Sequence record: PQ613263
Length of the DNA stretch: 64,000 nt
Source of the DNA: Shigella phage Moonfish
Direction: 5' to 3' (one strand)
How positions within the stretch are numbered: position 1 is the first letter of the stretch; every line of letters begins with the position of its first letter. The translations under genes were made by a program, and so were the position numbers. The notes below the pieces were generated by a model. That model was given only the letters and a program-made list of their open reading frames with translations. It made no database searches and was not told the origin of the DNA. Shown piece after piece: positions 57,771-64,000 of this stretch.

Positions 57771-58134
57771 GATGGATTCTCCTTCCTTTGGGAAGAGGTC
57801 TGAAGTAAATGGAAAGTGTTTTATTAAATACGTTATGGTCAGCTATCAATTCCCAACCATCAATCTTATAGAAGCGTACACCGGGAAAGAATGTAGTGAA
57901 GTCACTATACTTAGTGAGGTCATACACCCTTGGTTCAGTAAGTATCTCGGTATTGAGTTGCAGGTTGGATAAGAAAAAAGAACCAATAACTTCATGGGAC
58001 TCTTCACAATCAGGTAAGAAGACTTGCTGCCATGGAGCAATGAACTTACTTACTGCTTCTGGTTCTCCTAAGAGATAAGGCTCCTGCCCTCGTAGTACTC
58101 CGGTAATATCAAAATCAAAACAGTAGATGCTCAT
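57736..58134 (-). CDS. small early protein, paralogous family member
   Basis: 132 aa; VFLPDCEESHEVIGSFFLSN; GGAGG RBS. Confidence 0.5.
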   Translation of the reverse strand: MSIYCFDFDITGVLRGQEPYLLGEPEAVSKFIAPWQQVFLPDCEESHEVIGSFFLSNLQLNTEILTEPRVYDLTKYSDFTTFFPGVRFYKIDGWELIADHNVFNKTLSIYFRPLPKGRRIHHEIHNDRPQFY

Positions 58135-58160
58135 AATTGCATACCTCCAGAAAAAGAAAT

Positions 58161-58186
58161 GGGGTAGAGCCTCTCGACTCTACCCC
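58161..58186 (-). terminator. hairpin plus T-run (terminator/attenuator) in early region
   Basis: GGGGTAGAG...CTCTACCCC 9-bp stem followed on the minus strand by ATTTCTTTTT, immediately before the RBS of the 58134 gene. Confidence 0.5.
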
Positions 58187-58242
58187 TTACCGTTTTCAAT
58201 CACGGGTCAGTTCATCCCCCTAGGTACTTATGTACCATTAGA

Positions 58243-58255
58243 CCTACGGAGTAGG
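58243..58255 (-). promoter_or_regulatory. GGA-triloop hairpin (fourth copy of the C-GGA-G hairpin class)
   Basis: CCTAC-GGA-GTAGG 5-bp stem, 3-nt loop. Confidence 0.35.
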
Positions 58256-58335
58256 AAAGGAGCCGGGGAACCCTGACTGTAGAAGTTATTAACTCTTTAC
58301 GAGTACCGCCACTGTCTACTAGGCGGTATGACTAA

Positions 58336-58626
58336 TCACATCATCTCCGTCATCCGAACGCTATCTTTGCTTCGTTTGATGGAGACACTATGAGGTAATT
58401 TTGTGAAGAACACAATAGCAGAAATAGCTTTTTCTAAAGAGTAACTTTTTGCAGGTTCTTTGACGGTAACCCCTGAAACGTTTTCAAGGAGGAGTATACC
58501 GGACAACTCGTGGTATTCCTGCTCGGTCGTGGTAATGATGATATCTCCTGGCAGGAACCCAGCCTTCTTGTGGTCAAGTTCTACATATCCGTCAAAGGTA
58601 TCATCGCTTTTGGTAAATAGTCTCAA
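58336..58626 (-). CDS. small early protein, paralogous family member (TTG start)
   Basis: 96 aa; IIITTTEQEYHELSGILLLEN; AGGAG RBS 9 nt upstream of a TTG start. Confidence 0.45.
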   Translation of the reverse strand: MRLFTKSDDTFDGYVELDHKKAGFLPGDIIITTTEQEYHELSGILLLENVSGVTVKEPAKSYSLEKAISAIVFFTKLPHSVSIKRSKDSVRMTEMM

Positions 58627-58797
58627 GGTAGTACTCCTTGGGGAATAAGGTCATCGGAACATTACATACTATTTAGTATCATGAACTTTTTCTATATCAT
58701 GACTAAAGTGTAACTGTATGGTATGGTTTCTTCAAGGGGTATCTCACCCCAAGAAAAGAATCTTCGTTAATAGACATAACTTTGTAGAGAGATAAGT

Positions 58798-59487
58798 ATG
58801 AGTGAGCTAACTAAGCAGCAGATCATTAATGCCTTACCTGCTAACTTCAAAAACAGTGTGACCCAGGAGTTAGTAGATACAATTAACAACATAACCCAAG
58901 ACCAACTGGTTGCTGAGTCCTTCCGTGAAAACTTCATCTCTTACTCTGGTGTTATGAAAGAGGGTAAGTTTAAGACACAGGACTACATGAATGCAGTTCA
59001 GTATGTGACTTACAAGCACATGGGCTACTCAAATAAAGAAGCCTACTTTAAAACATTCCCCAACCGACAAGCAGAACTTGTAGCACGGGGAACCAGTGAG
59101 AAAGATATTAGTGCTTATGTATCTGCTTATCACAGGGGTAAGTTAGTTAACCTCATCATGGAACAAAGTTTGGTTCCAGTGTGGATTGTGAACCAGGACA
59201 ATTATCAGAAGGCAATCAATGTTCAGGTTGAACTGATGACTACAGCAGCAAGTGAGAAAGTAAGATGTGATGCAGCTAACTCTATCCTTACTCACTTAGC
59301 TAAACCAAAAGACCAGGTGACTAATATCAACCTGGACTTGAGGGAGAACTCTGGGTTGACTGACCTCAAGGCAACACTTGCTGCATTAGCTGAACAACAA
59401 ATTAATGCAATCAATAGTGGTGTACCTACTAAAGAGATTGCTGGTTCTAAACTAGTACGTGCAGATGAGGACATTACAGATGTCTGA
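58798..59487 (+). CDS. first gene of late operon; terminase small-subunit candidate (positional)
   Basis: 229-aa ORF immediately upstream of and overlapping the terminase large-subunit gene. Confidence 0.4.
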   Translation: MSELTKQQIINALPANFKNSVTQELVDTINNITQDQLVAESFRENFISYSGVMKEGKFKTQDYMNAVQYVTYKHMGYSNKEAYFKTFPNRQAELVARGTSEKDISAYVSAYHRGKLVNLIMEQSLVPVWIVNQDNYQKAINVQVELMTTAASEKVRCDAANSILTHLAKPKDQVTNINLDLRENSGLTDLKATLAALAEQQINAINSGVPTKEIAGSKLVRADEDITDV

Positions 59488-61069
59488 GTTAATTAAACAG
59501 GAACTAGATGAATGGCTAGACCAGGTGGACTACTCCCACCTTAATTCTTCTAACTATGTTCCCAGTCAGTTCGCTCTTACCTTTGCCAACTTTATTAAGT
59601 TGGTTAATGGCAAAGAAGGGGAATCCAACAAAACACCTCCGGTTCACCTGAAGATGCTGGATAAGATGATTAGTCCGAACCAGTATGTAGTTAACCTATG
59701 CTTCCGTGGTGCTGGTAAGACTGCTGTGTTCATGGAATACTTTACCTTGTTCTTAGCAGTGTTTGGTCACTTGCCAAGTCTAGGTAAGGTAGAAGGAATG
59801 ATTTACGTATCTGACTCAATGGATAACGGTGCTAAGTCTGCACGTAAGAACATTGAGTTTCGATACAAGAACAGTGAGTTCCTTCAGCAATGGATACCTG
59901 AAGCTACCTTTACGGATAACCTATTAGAGTTCCGTAATGCAGAGGGTCATCGACTGGGTGTTAAGTTGTTTGGTGCTAAGACTGGTCTTCGCGGTACGAA
60001 GATATATGGTAAGCGTCCTACACTCTGTGTACTGGATGACTTGATTAGTGATGGTGATGCTAACTCTAAGACAAGCATGGAAGCTATTAAGGATACTGTT
60101 TATAAAGGTGTGAACCATGCCCTTGACCCGACACGTCGTAAAGTAATCTTCAATGGTACTCCCTTTAATAAGGAAGACATTATCATTGAGGCAGTTGAGT
60201 CTGGTGCATGGGATGTCAACGTATGGCCTGTGTGTGAGAAGTTCCCCTGTAGTGAGGAGGAGTTCCAGGGTGCATGGGATGATCGTTTCTCTTACGACTA
60301 CATCAAAGCCCAGTACGATATGGCAGTTAAGACCGGTAAGCTGGCTGGCTTCTATCAGGAACTCATGCTTCGCATTAGTTCTGAGGATGAACGTCTTGTA
60401 CAAGATAGCGAAATTAAATGGTACAGCAGACAGCAACTATTAAAGATGAAGTCTTGCTACAACTATTACATTACAACTGACTTTGCTACTTCGGAGAAAC
60501 AGACCAGTGACTACAGTGTCATATCAGTTTGGGCTTATAGTTCTAATGGAGATTGGTTCTGGGTTGATGGTGTGGCTAATCGTCAGCTTATGGATAAAAA
60601 CTTTGACGACTTGTTCCGTCTGGTTCAAGAGTACCGACCACAAAACGTTGGTGTTGAAGTCACGGGACAACAAGGTGGATTCATTTCCCTTCTTCAAAAA
60701 GAAATGATTAACCGTAACGTCTTCTTTAACTTTGCATCCTCTGAGGGTGGTAAGCCGGGCATACGTCCTGTAACCTCTAAGCTGTCACGCTTTAACCTGG
60801 TAGTTCCATGGTTCAAGGTTGGTAAGATGTACTTCCCGGAAGAGTTGAGAGATACAACTATTATGGGTCTGTTCATGGGCCAGCTTAAACTAGCTACCAT
60901 TAATGGAATCAAAGGTAAGGATGACTGTATTGATACTATCTCCATGCTGGGTTATCTAAATCCCTGGAAACCACAAGCCGGTATGACTATGGTGGATAAC
61001 AAGGGCGACCCGATGTGGGACGAGGAAGAAGAAGATAGTGTTAACCCACTACGTTCATACATTGTGTGA
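59459..61069 (+). CDS. terminase large subunit
   Basis: 536 aa; N-terminal ATPase with Walker A CFRGAGKTAV and Walker B-like CVLDDLISDGD; C-terminal nuclease-like region. Confidence 0.75.
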   Translation: MQMRTLQMSELIKQELDEWLDQVDYSHLNSSNYVPSQFALTFANFIKLVNGKEGESNKTPPVHLKMLDKMISPNQYVVNLCFRGAGKTAVFMEYFTLFLAVFGHLPSLGKVEGMIYVSDSMDNGAKSARKNIEFRYKNSEFLQQWIPEATFTDNLLEFRNAEGHRLGVKLFGAKTGLRGTKIYGKRPTLCVLDDLISDGDANSKTSMEAIKDTVYKGVNHALDPTRRKVIFNGTPFNKEDIIIEAVESGAWDVNVWPVCEKFPCSEEEFQGAWDDRFSYDYIKAQYDMAVKTGKLAGFYQELMLRISSEDERLVQDSEIKWYSRQQLLKMKSCYNYYITTDFATSEKQTSDYSVISVWAYSSNGDWFWVDGVANRQLMDKNFDDLFRLVQEYRPQNVGVEVTGQQGGFISLLQKEMINRNVFFNFASSEGGKPGIRPVTSKLSRFNLVVPWFKVGKMYFPEELRDTTIMGLFMGQLKLATINGIKGKDDCIDTISMLGYLNPWKPQAGMTMVDNKGDPMWDEEEEDSVNPLRSYIV

Positions 61070-61075
61070 GGAACC

Positions 61076-61786
61076 ATGCAGAAATTATCGGAAGTATACC
61101 GTGGCTTGGCACTAAGTACATTGAAGGGTACTGGCTCAGTCACGGATGATAGATTAGGTATTGAACCAGATAGTAAGCCGGAGATACTGGCAGCTATTAA
61201 TGAAGGACTGGTACGACTGCATAGTCGTTTCCCCCTTAAGACTAATAGCTGCATTGTGGAGATGAAGGAAGGACGTACTGATTATCCCTTACAATCAAAG
61301 TATGCTTACTCCAAGTTTACTAAGCCTACTCTTGAGATTCAGTATCCCTACATCATGGATGGGTTCATGAAACCTTTCCAGGATGATGTTATTAAAATCT
61401 TAAATGTGTTTGATAACTCTGGGAATCGACGTAGACTGAACGACGATTCAGACCCCCGTGCTATCTTCACCCCACGGCCGGATACTATTCAGTGTATGCG
61501 ACCTCGACACTTCGAGGCACTTAATGTAACGTATCAAGCTAAGCACCCAGTGCTTACGGGTGATGAAGAACAGGAAGTTGATTTAGCTGATACGCTGATG
61601 ACAGCACTTCATAACTGGGTGGGTTATCGTTACCACACTGGTTTGAATACTCCTGAAGCTAACGCTAAGGCAGCTGAGTATCTGCAAACGTATGAAAGCA
61701 TCTGTGGTGAGGTTGTTGATTACGACCTGGCTAATGGAAGTATTTCAATTACCGAAACTAAATTTGAACAACGAGGATGGCGATGA
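61076..61786 (+). CDS. virion structural protein (N4 gp67-like by synteny)
   Basis: 236-aa ORF following terminase. Confidence 0.5.
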   Translation: MQKLSEVYRGLALSTLKGTGSVTDDRLGIEPDSKPEILAAINEGLVRLHSRFPLKTNSCIVEMKEGRTDYPLQSKYAYSKFTKPTLEIQYPYIMDGFMKPFQDDVIKILNVFDNSGNRRRLNDDSDPRAIFTPRPDTIQCMRPRHFEALNVTYQAKHPVLTGDEEQEVDLADTLMTALHNWVGYRYHTGLNTPEANAKAAEYLQTYESICGEVVDYDLANGSISITETKFEQRGWR

Positions 61787-62913
61787 ACGCACATACCCCC
61801 TTTGATGCAAACCAGGATTGGACCAATCCTTACTGCCAGAACAGTTCTAATGACCCAATGGTAGATGCATTACTAGGTAATGCTTATCACGTGGTTCGTA
61901 CTGTCTACTGTAACTTGGGTAATCTGAAACTTATCTATGATTTACTGAACCAGTATGGAATGGTTCTGGGTGTACAGTCTGAAGCAGAACTTAAGGCTTT
62001 AACTACTAAGGCTACCTTCGCCCGTATCTATGACAAGACCCCTGCTGGTGACCGTCGGGTTACGGACTACTTGTACGTGGAGGATGATCGTACTGGTATC
62101 ATCCCTGACGATACTGCTGCTACTGGGTCGTGGATTAAAGTAGCAACATCTAGCCGGGAGGATGGTAATAACGGTAATGCGTCTACATATGTAGTTTGGG
62201 GATACACTGCTACCGGTGGTGAAAATACCATTACAGTCCCAACTGATACGGTAGGTGTAGCCTTCATAACCGTGGATGGATTTACTCAAACAAATGGCAA
62301 GGGTTACAGCTTTAATGCTGAGTCTGGTGTAGTTACTCTAGCCCAATCATTGGAAGCCGGCGAAGAAGTTCTAATGTTTCTTACAGGTATGCCTGCTGTA
62401 CCGGATACCCTTAGTATTGATAACTGGCATGTAGTCAACTGGCTCTACAATCAGGGTGCTGCTGTTGGTGGTGAGCAGGTTATTAATATCCCGTTCATAT
62501 TTGCTGATGTATCAGCAGTCTACGTAAATGGTTCACGTTTATATAAGAATCTCGCCAGTAAGTCTTACGAAGTTGATGTACCTAACCAAAGGATTTTCCT
62601 AACAGAACCATTGGTAACAGATGACAGGGTTATTCTTACTATTGGTGGTACAGAAGAAACTATTCAGTTATCTGACAGAACTTTGCAAGAAGTTGCTCGT
62701 GGATTTAACCTGAAGGATTCAGAGGTTATTCTGGATAGTGACCATACAACTTTTCTTAATGACAAGAAAGTTGTGTATGTTAGTAATCAGCAGAAGTCCT
62801 ATAAGTTACCGACCCTCCCTCCTAATGTAAGTATTGCTGGTATAGTTGGTGACCAACTAACCTATGTTCCTGGGAACATTACTGTTACCTTGCTCCCTAT
62901 TACTATCATCTAG
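61777..62913 (+). CDS. virion/tail structural protein (N4 gp66-like by synteny)
   Basis: 378-aa ORF, T/V/G-rich beta-like composition. Confidence 0.5.
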   Translation: MAMNAHTPFDANQDWTNPYCQNSSNDPMVDALLGNAYHVVRTVYCNLGNLKLIYDLLNQYGMVLGVQSEAELKALTTKATFARIYDKTPAGDRRVTDYLYVEDDRTGIIPDDTAATGSWIKVATSSREDGNNGNASTYVVWGYTATGGENTITVPTDTVGVAFITVDGFTQTNGKGYSFNAESGVVTLAQSLEAGEEVLMFLTGMPAVPDTLSIDNWHVVNWLYNQGAAVGGEQVINIPFIFADVSAVYVNGSRLYKNLASKSYEVDVPNQRIFLTEPLVTDDRVILTIGGTEETIQLSDRTLQEVARGFNLKDSEVILDSDHTTFLNDKKVVYVSNQQKSYKLPTLPPNVSIAGIVGDQLTYVPGNITVTLLPITII

Positions 62914-62973
62914 TAACTCATCCCCCTTTCTCACAATTGAAAAGGGGCTTCCTAGAAAAACAATGAGGTTTAT

Positions 62974-64000
62974 ATGAACGAAATGTTCTCACAAGGTGGT
63001 AAAGGTTCAACCGGAATCTTAACCAATAAACAAGCAGTAGCCCGACACTTTGGGGTTAAGCAATCAGAGGTTGTTTACTTCTCAGTAGGTGCTGTGCTTA
63101 CTGGTTACAAAGTCATTTATGACAAAGAGACGCAGCGTGCTTACTCATTACCTGCTAATATTGGTTCAGGGGTTACTGCTGTAAGCCTTAGTCCTGCCGG
63201 GGTATTAGTACACTCTGCTGGTAACGTGGATTTGGGTGCACTAGCTGTTGTCCGTGAAGAATATGTAACCTTACCCGGTTCATTTGATACCGGTGTAACT
63301 GTTAATGCTAAGAATGAACTAGTTGTCTTTACTGATGGTAAATACCGTTGGGATGGTGCATTACCTAAAGATGTTTCTGCTGGTTCAACGCCTGAATCAT
63401 CTGGGGATGTTGGTATTGGTGCGTGGTTACCCGTATATCAAAAAGGGCTGTTACATCTCCTTAGCAGTGATGAAGGGTTTGATGCCGTTTCTGGTAAAAT
63501 CGATTTACCAGGGGCTGTCAAACAGTCATTAAAAAAAGCTCTCTCTGTAAGGGTAAATATTATTAGTTTTGGTGCAGATCCTACTGGCATTACGGATAGT
63601 TCCGACGCAATACAGGCGGCTATTGATGCTGTTTACGCACTTGGGGGTGGTGAGGTATTTATACCTAAATCTACCGGAAGTGCAGGTAATCAGGGCATAG
63701 GCTACCTGGTAACAAAATCTATAATGCTCAAGCCATTTGTTAATCTAAGAGGTGAGGGTATCAACTCGTGTCTTAAAGCCAACACTGATCTCGGTAAAGG
63801 TCTGTTGGTTCTGATGCATGGCGGCGGGATATCTGGTCGTTATTTATATAATTTCCGCTTGCAGGGAAACGGCACTGGTATAGGTATTGGTACAGATATT
63901 GAATCCACTGCTGAGGCAGAACAGCAAATTTACGGTTTCGATATCCAGGGTGTTTGTGCTGAGTTGTTTGAAATAGGAATGCAGTTACAGGGGTTGTGGC
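62974..64000 (+). CDS. tail spike/fibre protein with pectate-lyase-like beta-helix domain, 5' partial (runs off window)
   Basis: ATG at 62974 with GAGG RBS; frame open for 342 codons to the window end (absent from track because it has no stop); ISFGADPTGITDSSDAIQAAIDAVYALGGGEVFIP is the classic N-terminal signature of pectate-lyase-fold phage depolymerases. Confidence 0.65.
   Translation, partial: MNEMFSQGGKGSTGILTNKQAVARHFGVKQSEVVYFSVGAVLTGYKVIYDKETQRAYSLPANIGSGVTAVSLSPAGVLVHSAGNVDLGALAVVREEYVTLPGSFDTGVTVNAKNELVVFTDGKYRWDGALPKDVSAGSTPESSGDVGIGAWLPVYQKGLLHLLSSDEGFDAVSGKIDLPGAVKQSLKKALSVRVNIISFGADPTGITDSSDAIQAAIDAVYALGGGEVFIPKSTGSAGNQGIGYLVTKSIMLKPFVNLRGEGINSCLKANTDLGKGLLVLMHGGGISGRYLYNFRLQGNGTGIGIGTDIESTAEAEQQIYGFDIQGVCAELFEIGMQLQGLW

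Noticed and set aside
1-64000. Signs of temperate lifestyle or defence islands (integrase, repressor, attachment sites, CRISPR arrays, restriction-modification or toxin-antitoxin cassettes)
   Set aside because: No tyrosine/serine recombinase motifs, no CRISPR-type repeat-spacer structure and no methyltransferase motifs were seen; gene content is that of a strictly lytic N4-like phage.

Overview
This window looks like most of the genome of an N4-like (Schitoviridae-type) lytic podophage, circularly permuted in this assembly; no integrase, repressor or CRISPR array was seen. The + strand from 1 to 19.8 kb carries the late/virion module: partial upstream virion gene, major capsid protein, several N4 gp51-55-like virion proteins, and a single 10.4-kb ORF encoding a 3456-aa virion RNA polymerase. 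The - strand from 19.9 to 58.6 kb carries a tRNA-like cluster, a replication/recombination and nucleotide-metabolism block (RuvC-like, SSB-like, Sak4-like ATPase, primase, Cas4-like nuclease, family-A DNA polymerase, SF1 helicase, MazG-like, rIIA/rIIB-like, ThyX, dCTP deaminase, MoxR-AAA/VWA pair), an Ig-like decoration protein, the two-subunit T7-like RNAP II, and an early region of small ORFs. The + strand from 58.8 kb carries terminase and the start of the tail genes, including a pectate-lyase-like tailspike that runs off the window. The most interesting signals are two ORF-carrying insertions that split essential polymerase genes at conserved motifs: a 706-nt probable group I intron with an HNH endonuclease in the DNA polymerase, and a 1.1-kb probable intron with an HNH-AP2 endonuclease that cuts off the last ~10 codons of the RNAP II large subunit. 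Other signals: two free-standing homing-endonuclease-like genes, four short GC-stem hairpins with a GGA triloop (candidate N4-type vRNAP early promoters), phased CATAGCTAT palindromes, a tandem family of paralogous small early proteins, a perfect 99-bp in-frame tandem duplication in the rIIA-like gene, and tRNA T-arm-like motifs that do not fold canonically by hand. All calls come from reading the sequence and the ORF track; no database search was run.
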